From assembly GCA_026415775.1 (NCBI GenBank), contig JAOAGL010000001.1:414831-478830 (forward strand): 64,000 bases of DNA, in the 5' to 3' direction. Made by a program: the position numbers and the translations under genes. Positions 43,737 to 55,066 of this stretch are shown in pieces; the stretch's first letter is position 1; each line of letters begins with the position of its first letter. The notes under the pieces are model-generated. The model was not told the origin of the DNA and did not search any database. It saw only the letters and a program-made list of their open reading frames with translations. This DNA comes from Patescibacteria group bacterium (GTDB taxonomy: Bacteria > Patescibacteriota > Minisyncoccia > UBA6257 > JAAZHW01).

Positions 43737-46700
43737 TTACAAATTCCCCAACGCTGTAATCGTAATATCGCCGGTATAAACGCCGATAGGTTGAGAGATG
43801 GGCGCATCGGCTCGGTATAAAATCATATTAGTTGTCGTACCGTTTTGACAAGACGGACTAGAGCAGGTCATTATTGTTTGAGATGTTTCTGGCATACCGG
43901 CAAATTTTGCCGTGCCTTCATTATCATTTAATCCCCACCAAGTGGAATTATAGTTTGAATCGGTGCCGCTACTCATTAAACGGAAAGAAAAAGTTGAGCC
44001 AGGCGTGGTCGTGGCATTACCGTTGCCGCCGTTAGCTGTTGGGTCCCAAACCGGCGTATAATCGGGAAAGGTAATTGATGGATTACTTTGAAGCGCTAAA
44101 GTAGAAGTGCTACTTGCGCGTTTGATTGCTAAATAATAACCGTTGTCGTAACCGCTTACAACGACCGTTGCCGTTGTTGTTGCCGAAACCGGAATTTGAG
44201 GCGCTAAAATACCAAGATTAATATAATTACTTGAAAGATTAAGAGTTAAACTTTGTTGTAATGGAGCCGTAGTAATTTCAGGATAGACATTATAAAAAAT
44301 TGTTTCGTAATCGGGATTGCTAATATTGGCTTTTACCACTTGGAAACAATAAGGAGTTAACGGAGACGCTCCGTTGTCCTGTAAAGAGAAATCCCACATT
44401 CCATCTTCTCCAATATTAACCATTGAAATAGCATTAATAAAATTGTTTGATTCAACATAAGTTTGACGTTTAATCGTATGGCCATTATGTGTCGGGTCAT
44501 TATCATTAGCTATTAAAGCATCTCCGTCATTAACATTACTGTTATCATAAAAAGCAATGGTTGAAGTTGAAGTAACATCAGTGAAAGTTTCATCGTCTCC
44601 ACAAACTGAACCGCTTTTAGGAGCGTATTGCAATTTTAGATATTTCCCATTTTGTAATAATTCATTGGTATCAATATGGAGCAGTAATCTTAAGCGGAAT
44701 GGCTGATTGGTAACGTTTAAACTGGCCGGCGTATTAGTGTTTGCTAATGGATTGCCCACATTAGCAGAGTTTTGATTTTCAAAAAAGCGATAAGCTGATT
44801 GGGTGATTTTAACACCGCCTGTTTCATAATAACTTTGACGAATCAATTGTTCAATCCCATCCCAAGAACTAGTGACTATACCCCATTGCCAAAAAGTTAA
44901 AGAAACCGTCTGATTGGGAGCAACGTTATTCCATACAGAATCAAAGAAAATATTATCAGTTTCACCACTGGCATCGCTCTGTTGATCATCTACTCTCCAT
45001 TCGGAAGTATAATTAACCCATTCCGCCCACGGAGAAGAGTTGGTTATGGCAGCGGAGGTTAAGAAATATCCGTAACGAGGGGGATTATTTTCATTAAAAA
45101 TTACACCCATAGCTGCATAAACACCAACATCATAAGTAGTAAACCAATTTTCCGGCAGAGTAGAAGTACTCATTAAAATATGCGTCTCGGGAATAACATT
45201 AGAAGTATAACCGGCATAACGACCTCTATCGTTTACATTTCTATCTGTACCCAACCACTGTTCTCTTCCCCATACCATCGGGTAAATATGAGAAGTGCTA
45301 TCATTATTTTTAAATTCATAGGTATTTTTTAAATATGGTTTATTAGCATAAAATTCTTGAGTTCGCGTAGCGGAAATATAATTATTTAATTGTTGTGCCC
45401 ACCCAGTTGATGCTGTATCATCGGAAACAACTCGCCAAACAATTTTTGTATTATCTTCACTAACAATCCAATTAGTACATTGATTGGGTTTCCATTTAAT
45501 ATCAGCAGAATAATAGTTAGAAGTATCTGCTCTTATAGTATTATCAACATGCACCGCTACTCTTTCCATACAATCTAAATTAACATCATCATTGTTAACA
45601 AAATTACGCCCAGTTAACTCTATTTGTTCACCTTCTCCCTCATGTCCACAACCAAAAATAACAGTATTAATGTAATTATTACCAAAAAGTATACCATTCG
45701 AAAAAAGCCTTTCACCCATATTATATGTTTGCACTCTATCAACGCGCGTCATAAATAAATCAGTATCGGATCTAAAATTTAAATTAACTGTGTAATAGGT
45801 ATTAGCAGCAACTGAAGCCTTTTGAATATACAATGTGTGTTTATTATTATCCCACCACCAACAATCTGTTGTTGAAGCGGGCGATCCTTGAGGGATAGAA
45901 GAACTGTTTATAGTTACAGAAATATTGCTAATATTTGCTGTTATTGGATGAAAAGGAATAGCAAATGCGACATTTGTTCTCGCGCTTGCACTACCGCCAA
46001 TAGAAAAATCTTCGATTGAATAGTCCCAATAACTGCCGCTTGAATTCCAAGTAGGATTAAATTCTGTGCCGTAACCCATCTGAGTGGTACTAATTGCATT
46101 CCAACGACGCACAACATAAGTTGAAAAACTTCCGGCTGAAGCTGAATAATCAATAGAACTAAAATTGGAATCGTTATCTAATTGAACTGTAACATTATAG
46201 GTTCCGGTATTGGGATCAGCGCAACCATTACAATACCACGAACCAACATAAATAATACCTTCAAATTGACTAGTTGAAGAATTCCAAGTTAATTGAGTAT
46301 AATAAGTTTCTGAAGCTGGTGTATCAACTTTTGCACGGGCATGGGGATAATTATTTGGTGACAAAGATCCATGAAGTTGCAAATAAACAGGAATAGCCCC
46401 ATACCAACTATCAGAAGTTTTACCTAATGATCCGGTAATATAATCGGTAATAGCACTCATGGTAATTTGAGGAATAACTGAATAAGTATTAAGTAAACTA
46501 CCATCGTTTTTAACAATTCGAAAACAATAAGTAGTTGAAGTGGGGGTAGAATTATTATCAAAAAGAGCAAAATCCCATTTGCCGTCTTGGCCTGCAGAGA
46601 TTGCAGCGACTGAGTTGGTAAAAGGATTAAGCTCTTCGTAAGTTTGGTTAACAATAGTATCAGAACCATGTGTCGGATCATTGGTATTGGCAGTTAAATT

Positions 46701-48338
46701 CGCACCATCAGAAGGAGTAGAATTATTATAAAAAGCAATAACCGTACTAGTTGTAACATCACTATAGGTTTCGCCGGAAAAAGAAGTATCGCATACTCCA
46801 TCAGTACCACGCTGGGCAAATTGGAGTTTGAAACTGCCTTCGTTCGTAAATAAATCAGAAACGCCGACATGCAAAAGCATACGCAATCTAAATGCCGCGC
46901 CGGTTAAGCCAAGCGTTGCCGCCGTATCCTGCGCGGCAAGCGCGGTTCCCACATCGGTTGAATCAGTATTATTGAAAAACCGATACGCGGCCTGTGTATA
47001 GGTCTTTGGCGCGATGGGTCGGCCGAAAAGGTCATCGGGCGTAGCGGCATACCAGGTGGCGTAGATGCGTTGAGTTGACGCAGACATCAAGCTTAACCTG
47101 CCGCCGTAGATATCGTCGTTTGAAGAATACACCGGACCAAATTCAGAACTCCAGGTAGAACCGCCGTCTGTAGAATATTTCCAGTAGAGGTTGCCGGTTG
47201 AAGCGGTGCCGGGGGTTGATCGGGCGGAATAGAGAACGTATAGATAGCCCGTGTTCTGGTCCCTTGCGATTTTTGCTCCGGTGATACCGCAGTTTGAGAC
47301 GCCCGCGCAGACGCTGTCGGTGACGACATCGGTCAGAGCGGTCCAGCTCGTTCCAGAAAACTTGCGGACTCTGATATCGTCATCGGTTCCCAATGTGGCC
47401 GCGCTTGCCGCGTATGCCAGATACACATCGCCATTTGAAGTGTCAACCGCTGCGCCGAAGGATGCGTCGTAGGTGGTATTATCAAGCGCGGTGTCAATAT
47501 TCGCAAATGCAGACCAAGTTCCGGTGTATCGTGAGTATTTAAGGTCGTTCGTTGTTGCCGAAATATCCCACCAAATAAACATCATCTCGCCCGAGAGCCG
47601 CGGGATCAGAAGCATAAAGTCGTCTCCATTTGTCCACGAAGCCGGTTCGGAAACCGCCCAGTTAGTAGCGGTGGTGCAGGTTGTGGTACAGCGAACCATC
47701 ATATTGTCGGTTGTGTCGGCAACCGCGGCATAGAGCGCGCCGTCAGTTGCTTTGGAAATGGCGACGTGGTTTGTGCCGGCAGTTAAAGTACCTGTATAAC
47801 CGAGACCGCTTGTAATGTTGACCGGGCCGGTTGAGAGTGTATCGGTTGAAGTGTCAAGAGTTCTGTACCAGATATCATCGTTTGTTACATCGGTGGTTGC
47901 GATATGAATTAAATTGCCGGTTGTGTCGCCCGGAGTCCAGCGGTCATACCATACAGCGATTTGGATGATGTCGGTCTTTGCATCAACCGTAACCGGCGCG
48001 CCCCAGGTTGCGCCGCCATCCGTAGTTTTACTGTAGACGGCAGTGCCCGCGGAATCTACGTAAAACGCATAGCCGGTTGTCTGGGAAGTAAACACAGTGG
48101 TTGGCGAGCCGCCGAGGTGTTCCGCGGGGGCGGTACTCACCGTCGAGTCAATCGTTACCTGCGCCGCGAGTGCTTTTTGAATTTCCGGCGGAATTCGCGG
48201 ATTTTGCCAAATGGTTGGCCAGCCGGAAAAAATCCAAAGAAAAATTACTAAAAATACTAACAAGTTTCTAACAAAACTTTTTACAAATTTTTTTGTTTTA
48301 ATATTCGCTATCCTCATAAATTCAACTTTTTTCATCAT
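43737..48338 (-). CDS. Giant (1533 aa) surface protein: N-terminal TM, BNR/Asp-box repeat (sialidase-like propeller) domain, two ~185-aa internal repeats, WxL-like C-terminal domain
   Basis: BNR motifs SKTTDGGATWGAP, YSTDGGSTWSSEF. There is an internal duplication starting AYRFFNN...FRLRMLLH... / AYRFFENQ...FRLRLLLH... The C-terminus is homologous to ORF 42913-43524. Confidence 0.6.
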   Translation of the reverse strand: MMKKVEFMRIANIKTKKFVKSFVRNLLVFLVIFLWIFSGWPTIWQNPRIPPEIQKALAAQVTIDSTVSTAPAEHLGGSPTTVFTSQTTGYAFYVDSAGTAVYSKTTDGGATWGAPVTVDAKTDIIQIAVWYDRWTPGDTTGNLIHIATTDVTNDDIWYRTLDTSTDTLSTGPVNITSGLGYTGTLTAGTNHVAISKATDGALYAAVADTTDNMMVRCTTTCTTATNWAVSEPASWTNGDDFMLLIPRLSGEMMFIWWDISATTNDLKYSRYTGTWSAFANIDTALDNTTYDASFGAAVDTSNGDVYLAYAASAATLGTDDDIRVRKFSGTSWTALTDVVTDSVCAGVSNCGITGAKIARDQNTGYLYVLYSARSTPGTASTGNLYWKYSTDGGSTWSSEFGPVYSSNDDIYGGRLSLMSASTQRIYATWYAATPDDLFGRPIAPKTYTQAAYRFFNNTDSTDVGTALAAQDTAATLGLTGAAFRLRMLLHVGVSDLFTNEGSFKLQFAQRGTDGVCDTSFSGETYSDVTTSTVIAFYNNSTPSDGANLTANTNDPTHGSDTIVNQTYEELNPFTNSVAAISAGQDGKWDFALFDNNSTPTSTTYCFRIVKNDGSLLNTYSVIPQITMSAITDYITGSLGKTSDSWYGAIPVYLQLHGSLSPNNYPHARAKVDTPASETYYTQLTWNSSTSQFEGIIYVGSWYCNGCADPNTGTYNVTVQLDNDSNFSSIDYSASAGSFSTYVVRRWNAISTTQMGYGTEFNPTWNSSGSYWDYSIEDFSIGGSASARTNVAFAIPFHPITANISNISVTINSSSIPQGSPASTTDCWWWDNNKHTLYIQKASVAANTYYTVNLNFRSDTDLFMTRVDRVQTYNMGERLFSNGILFGNNYINTVIFGCGHEGEGEQIELTGRNFVNNDDVNLDCMERVAVHVDNTIRADTSNYYSADIKWKPNQCTNWIVSEDNTKIVWRVVSDDTASTGWAQQLNNYISATRTQEFYANKPYLKNTYEFKNNDSTSHIYPMVWGREQWLGTDRNVNDRGRYAGYTSNVIPETHILMSTSTLPENWFTTYDVGVYAAMGVIFNENNPPRYGYFLTSAAITNSSPWAEWVNYTSEWRVDDQQSDASGETDNIFFDSVWNNVAPNQTVSLTFWQWGIVTSSWDGIEQLIRQSYYETGGVKITQSAYRFFENQNSANVGNPLANTNTPASLNVTNQPFRLRLLLHIDTNELLQNGKYLKLQYAPKSGSVCGDDETFTDVTSTSTIAFYDNSNVNDGDALIANDNDPTHNGHTIKRQTYVESNNFINAISMVNIGEDGMWDFSLQDNGASPLTPYCFQVVKANISNPDYETIFYNVYPEITTAPLQQSLTLNLSSNYINLGILAPQIPVSATTTATVVVSGYDNGYYLAIKRASSTSTLALQSNPSITFPDYTPVWDPTANGGNGNATTTPGSTFSFRLMSSGTDSNYNSTWWGLNDNEGTAKFAGMPETSQTIMTCSSPSCQNGTTTNMILYRADAPISQPIGVYTGDITITALGNL

Positions 48339-48490
48339 TAATAAAATTGCACTAATTACTTTTAATATTTCTTCTCTTTTTTTAAAATTTATTTGTTTCT
48401 TTATTAATTGCTATGGTACTTTTTAAAATTCCAGTTTTGAACGTGCGTAAGATTGTTTTAAAAATTCCATCATCCAAAATTGATTCAAAA

Positions 48491-50260
48491 TCAAAAATTA
48501 ACAACATTAATCTGACACATCGTTACTAAATTATCCGTTTGATAAATAATCGGGATACTAAAATTGCCTTTCTGAGAATTAGGCAAAGCAATTATTTTTA
48601 ATACTAATTCTTTATCATCTTTGTCTGGAGTAATAACATAGTCGATATTTTTAGCAAAAAATATTTCAAGACCCTGAGGTAAATTGCCGATAGTTATCTT
48701 TTGAAACAACGCATTTGGGTTTTTGTTCAAACGCACATTAACTTCTTTTACATCACCTTCTTTAATTTGGATATTAAATGGTTCTACCGAACAAGAAAAC
48801 GATGAATTGCTTTCGATATTTAAATTTTTAATCTCTGTTAATTCCTTTGTTTTCATTTTTAAACTATCCAGTATTTGTTGAACTTCAAAAGGAAATTGGA
48901 TTGGTGTGGGCGTCGGCGTTATTGTTATTGGTTCGGTAATTTCGGGTGTTTCTTCTATTGCTTCATATTCAATTTCCAACTGCGCGCCATCCAAAAAAGC
49001 AATTAAATTATCCTCTAAATTGGTGTTTAAAGTTGATTCGATACTGATTTGTAAATTATTGATTTCTAACCAGTTGGTAAGCGTTAATTCAAATTCTGTT
49101 TGATAATTTTCTTTATTATCAATGATTGTCAAAACTTGCCAATTTTCGCCATCCAAAGTGTATTTAATGATAAACAAAGGCGCTAAAGTCGGCGTTGGCA
49201 AAGTAGTGGATGTTATTTCTGCTGAAGGAGTAATTTCTAAAGCGGGGCTTTCGCTTGTTTCAGGAGTAGAAGTTTCGATTGTCGCCATGGGTGTTTCGAC
49301 TGGCGTGAAAGAATCTTCTGTTTCAAGAGGCATTTCGATTGGAGAAGCTGATGGTTCTGAAGAAGGTGTTGGCTCTAAAGTGGAAGCGGGAGTGGAAATG
49401 TAAGTTGGTTCTGGTGTTGGGGTATTTTTTAAAGTGGGCACAGCAGTTGGGTTGTTTTCTAGCGACGATTCGGTTGGAGATGCTTCTTGAGCCAAAACTT
49501 TTTTCAAAAATATTTTTAACAAAGAAAGTGGCGTTGGCGTTGGTCCTTCGGATTGAGTCGGTGTAGGTGTTGATGTTGGTTGTTCTAATGGAGTTGGTGT
49601 TTGTTTTAAAATTGGAGTTTGTTCAGTTGTTGGTGTTAATTCAATTTCTGGGCTTGATTCGATAGTTTCAGTTGAGGTGGAATTGGTAGATTCAATATTT
49701 GTTTCTGTGGGTGAAAACATAAGTGTATTTTCTTCACTCGGGGAAGGAATTTCTTCCGGTGGAACAATTATCATTGTTGGTGTTGGTTCAATTAAGTTTA
49801 AATCATTAAGTTCTTGTTGTGTTATTAACCATTCATTTTTATTTCCGATTCTAAAATTAAGTTTTAATGTTGCGCCGGTAATTTGTTTGTCGTCGGTTTC
49901 AATAAGGGATGGATTTTGAAAACCGCCAAAAAAAATCTGTTTTATTCCTCCGCCATCAAAAATAGCTGAATTATTTTCATTAAAATATTTTAGCTCAGCA
50001 TCAAAATCTAAATCCGGTTGATCAATGGCTTTATCAACATTATTCCAATTTCCCAAAGCTGAACTAGGGTAAAAATAAATAATATCAGCTTTTAAAACAG
50101 CGCTATAAAAAAGCCAGCCAGTAATAATTAAAACAATAAAAATCATTAACCAATTAATAATTTGGCTTCTCTTTCTTAAATCCAAAATTTCTGTTTCTTT
50201 AGCTTTTTGAATATCGGTAAAATAAGCTAATGTTTTCTTTTTTGCCTTAGCCCTCATCAA
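48491..50260 (-). CDS. Membrane-anchored protein with long Pro/Thr/Ser/Glu-rich low-complexity region, hypothetical
   Basis: N-terminal TM (IINWLMIFIVLIITGWLFY) and a PT/ST-rich middle section. Confidence 0.45.
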   Translation of the reverse strand: MMRAKAKKKTLAYFTDIQKAKETEILDLRKRSQIINWLMIFIVLIITGWLFYSAVLKADIIYFYPSSALGNWNNVDKAIDQPDLDFDAELKYFNENNSAIFDGGGIKQIFFGGFQNPSLIETDDKQITGATLKLNFRIGNKNEWLITQQELNDLNLIEPTPTMIIVPPEEIPSPSEENTLMFSPTETNIESTNSTSTETIESSPEIELTPTTEQTPILKQTPTPLEQPTSTPTPTQSEGPTPTPLSLLKIFLKKVLAQEASPTESSLENNPTAVPTLKNTPTPEPTYISTPASTLEPTPSSEPSASPIEMPLETEDSFTPVETPMATIETSTPETSESPALEITPSAEITSTTLPTPTLAPLFIIKYTLDGENWQVLTIIDNKENYQTEFELTLTNWLEINNLQISIESTLNTNLEDNLIAFLDGAQLEIEYEAIEETPEITEPITITPTPTPIQFPFEVQQILDSLKMKTKELTEIKNLNIESNSSFSCSVEPFNIQIKEGDVKEVNVRLNKNPNALFQKITIGNLPQGLEIFFAKNIDYVITPDKDDKELVLKIIALPNSQKGNFSIPIIYQTDNLVTMCQINVVNF

Positions 50261-50310
50261 TAATATTATAACACTTTTATTTTGAATGTTTTTATTAAGT
50301 TATCCACACA

Positions 50311-50350
50311 AAAACAAAAAACCCGATTAACAATTGCTAATCGGGTTAAA
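50311..50350 (-). terminator. Rho-independent terminator of rplK
   Basis: Minus strand: aacccgatta-gcaattgt-taatcgggtt followed by ttttttgtttttg. Confidence 0.75.
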
Positions 50351-50368
50351 AGGAAACTGTTTTTAATC

Positions 50369-50791
50369 TTAATCAACAATTTCTATACCCATATTCCGCG
50401 CTGTTCCCTCAATCATTCTCATTGCTGCCTCTAAATCATTTGTGTTTAAATCTGGCATTTTAATCTCGGCAATTTCTTTAATTTGTGCCCGTGTTACCTT
50501 CCCTACTTTCTTTCTGTTTGGTTCGCCTGAACCTTTTTCAATACCAGCAGCTTTTCTTAAAAGATCAGAAGCTGGTGGAGTTTTTAATTTAAACTCATAA
50601 CTTCTATCTTCGTAAATGGTAATTTCAACAGGAATAAGACTGTCGCCTTTATCTTTAGTTGCTTCATTAAAGCGCTGACAAAATTCACCAATATTGATAC
50701 CTTGAGGACCTAAAGCAGTACCAACTGGTGGTGCTGGGTTGGCTTTTCCTGCTGGTATTTGAAGTTTAATAATAGCTTTTACTTTTTTCAT
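50369..50791 (-). CDS. rplK: 50S ribosomal protein L11
   Basis: [34 protein letters not shown]... Confidence 0.95.
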   Translation of the reverse strand: MKKVKAIIKLQIPAGKANPAPPVGTALGPQGINIGEFCQRFNEATKDKGDSLIPVEITIYEDRSYEFKLKTPPASDLLRKAAGIEKGSGEPNRKKVGKVTRAQIKEIAEIKMPDLNTNDLEAAMRMIEGTARNMGIEIVD

Positions 50792-50793
50792 AT

Positions 50794-51339
50794 TTAAATT
50801 TTTTTAACTTGTAAAAAGTCTAGTTCGACTGGGGTTTCACGACCAAAAATAGAAACTAAAACTTTCACTTTAGCCGTTGCCTCGTCAATTTCTTTAATCT
50901 TCCCATCAAAATCTTTAAATGGCCCATCGGTAATTTTTACCGTGTCCCCTATTTGAAAATCAACCTTATATTTCGGCTCTTCTACATTCATTCGTTTTAA
51001 AAGTGATTGCACCTCTTCGTCGGATAATGGAGATGGCTTGGTGGCATCGGCACCAATAAATCCGGACACACGCGGTGTATTGCGCACGACATACCATGAA
51101 TCATCAGTCAAAATCATTTCTACCAAAACATAACCGGGATAAATTTTTTCTTCCACAACATAACGTTTTCCTCCTTTAATTTTTATTTTCTTTTCTTTGG
51201 GAACAATCACATTAAAAATTTTATCGTGCATATCCAATGTTTCAATTCTTTGCTTCAAATAACGCGCCACGGCGTCTTCGTATCCTGCATAAGTATGGAT
51301 GGCATACCACCCTCTTTCATTAGATTGTTGTTTTGGCAT
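50794..51339 (-). CDS. nusG: Transcription termination/antitermination factor NusG
   Basis: NGN domain [11 protein letters not shown]... and KOW motif [25 protein letters not shown]. Confidence 0.9.
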   Translation of the reverse strand: MPKQQSNERGWYAIHTYAGYEDAVARYLKQRIETLDMHDKIFNVIVPKEKKIKIKGGKRYVVEEKIYPGYVLVEMILTDDSWYVVRNTPRVSGFIGADATKPSPLSDEEVQSLLKRMNVEEPKYKVDFQIGDTVKITDGPFKDFDGKIKEIDEATAKVKVLVSIFGRETPVELDFLQVKKI

Positions 51340-51340
51340 A

Positions 51341-51532
51341 TTAAGATTTTAAAATAAATCGGCTAAGTAATCCTGTAAAAAGAAAGTCCCAAAGACCCAA
51401 AAATATCGCCATAATCAAAGAAAGACCAATGACAATTAAAGTATATTTTATCGCTTGGTTTTTAGTTAACCAATTAACGTGTTTAAATTCATTTTTTACT
51501 TCTTTAATATAAGTTTTAAATTTAGCCAACAT
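51341..51532 (-). CDS. secE: Preprotein translocase subunit SecE
   Basis: 63 aa with a single TM. KEVKNEFKHVNWLTKNQAIKYTLIVIGLSLIMAIFLG. Lies upstream of nusG. Confidence 0.8.
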   Translation of the reverse strand: MLAKFKTYIKEVKNEFKHVNWLTKNQAIKYTLIVIGLSLIMAIFLGLWDFLFTGLLSRFILKS

Positions 51533-51561
51533 ACTTATTGTTAAATATTAAAATTTAAAGA

Positions 51562-53571
<2,010 letters not shown>

Positions 53572-53655
53572 TTAACAAATTTTTTCGAAAAAATAAAGAG
53601 CTCAAAAAGAAAAAAGTTGAGTTTTTTTCAAGAATTATTCTTGTTTTTTAATTAA

Positions 53656-55062
53656 CTACTTTTTAATTTCTATTCCCAATTCCTTCAATTGAGTTTTATC
53701 AATTTCAGAAGGCGCATTCATCATTAAATCTCTGCCGTCTCCCGTTTTGGGGAAAGCAATAACCTCACGAATGCTTGGCTCATTCATTAGAATCATTACC
53801 AACCTATCAATGCCCATTGCAATACCGCCATGTGGCGGAACGCCATATTCAAAAGCCTCTAAAATATGACCAAATTTTTCCTTAATTTCCTCTGGTTTAT
53901 TGCCCATTATTTCAAAAACTTTTTGAAGGATAAAAGGATTATGTTCTCTAATCGAACCGCCGCCAATTTCATAACCATTTAAAACTACATCGTATTGATG
54001 AGCTAGTGCCTCACCTGGATTTTTTTCTAAATATTTTACAAATTCATCAGGAGGTAAATTATTCGGGTTTTGTGTTTTAGTAAATGGATGATGAACAGCA
54101 TCCCACCTTTTTTCCGTTTCTTTCCACTCAAACATCGGGAAATTAACTACAAAAGCAAAAGCCAATTCATTAGGATTATTTTTATCTTTTCTTAAATCTG
54201 GTTTATCGCTGTTATATTTTTCCATTACTTCTTGATAGGAAAGACGTGGAAAGTTGGAAAAAGTTAGGATTTTTTCAGGGAATAATTCTTTAACAATTTT
54301 CAAATATAAATCTTCGATTAAACCTAAAATTTCTTCCTGGGTAGGAAAACTCATTTCTATATCTAATTGAGTAAATTCGGGTTGGCGATCGCCGCGCGTG
54401 TCTTCATCGCGAAAACATCTGGCAATCTGAAAGTATCTTTCAAAACCAGCAACCATTAATAATTGTTTATACTGTTGGGGTGATTGCGGCAAAGCATAAA
54501 ATTTCCCGTGATGCAATCGGGATGGCACTACATAATCGCGGGCCCCCTCGGGAGTTGATTTTGTTAAAATTGGAGTTTCAATCTCAACAAAACCTTTTTC
54601 GTGTAAGTAATTGCGCATTAACAAAATAATATCATGCCTTGCTCTTAAATTTTTTTGTAATCGTTGTCGTCTTAAATCCAAATAGCGATATTTCAACCGA
54701 TGTTCCTCCCCTATTTCAAACCCTTCCTTATCGATGGCGATTGGCAGAGTTTTGCTTTGATTAAGAATATTTAAACCTTTGGCCTCAATCTCAATATAAC
54801 CCGTCTCGATTTTAGGATTTTCCATTCCTTTTGGCCGTTGATTAACCTTTCCAATAATTTCTACCACCCATTCGCTTCTTAATTCTTTAGCCTGATTATA
54901 AATTTCGCTATTGGGCAAAAAAACTACTTGAACAAAACCTGTTTTATCACGCAAATCAATAAAAATTAATTTGCCGTGATCGCGACGAGTATCAACCCAT
55001 CCCTTAATTAAAACTTCTTGACCAATTTTTTGCGTTAAATTCTTAATAAATGTTCTCTCCAT
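53656..55062 (-). CDS. aspS: Aspartyl-tRNA synthetase (probably non-discriminating, given gatB); start trimmed to MERTF
   Basis: OB-fold N-terminus, class II motifs FYALPQSPQQYKQLLMV, FRDEDTRGDRQPEFTQLDIEMSF, GGIAMGIDRLVMIL. Confidence 0.85.
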   Translation of the reverse strand: MERTFIKNLTQKIGQEVLIKGWVDTRRDHGKLIFIDLRDKTGFVQVVFLPNSEIYNQAKELRSEWVVEIIGKVNQRPKGMENPKIETGYIEIEAKGLNILNQSKTLPIAIDKEGFEIGEEHRLKYRYLDLRRQRLQKNLRARHDIILLMRNYLHEKGFVEIETPILTKSTPEGARDYVVPSRLHHGKFYALPQSPQQYKQLLMVAGFERYFQIARCFRDEDTRGDRQPEFTQLDIEMSFPTQEEILGLIEDLYLKIVKELFPEKILTFSNFPRLSYQEVMEKYNSDKPDLRKDKNNPNELAFAFVVNFPMFEWKETEKRWDAVHHPFTKTQNPNNLPPDEFVKYLEKNPGEALAHQYDVVLNGYEIGGGSIREHNPFILQKVFEIMGNKPEEIKEKFGHILEAFEYGVPPHGGIAMGIDRLVMILMNEPSIREVIAFPKTGDGRDLMMNAPSEIDKTQLKELGIEIKK

Positions 55063-55066
55063 ATTT

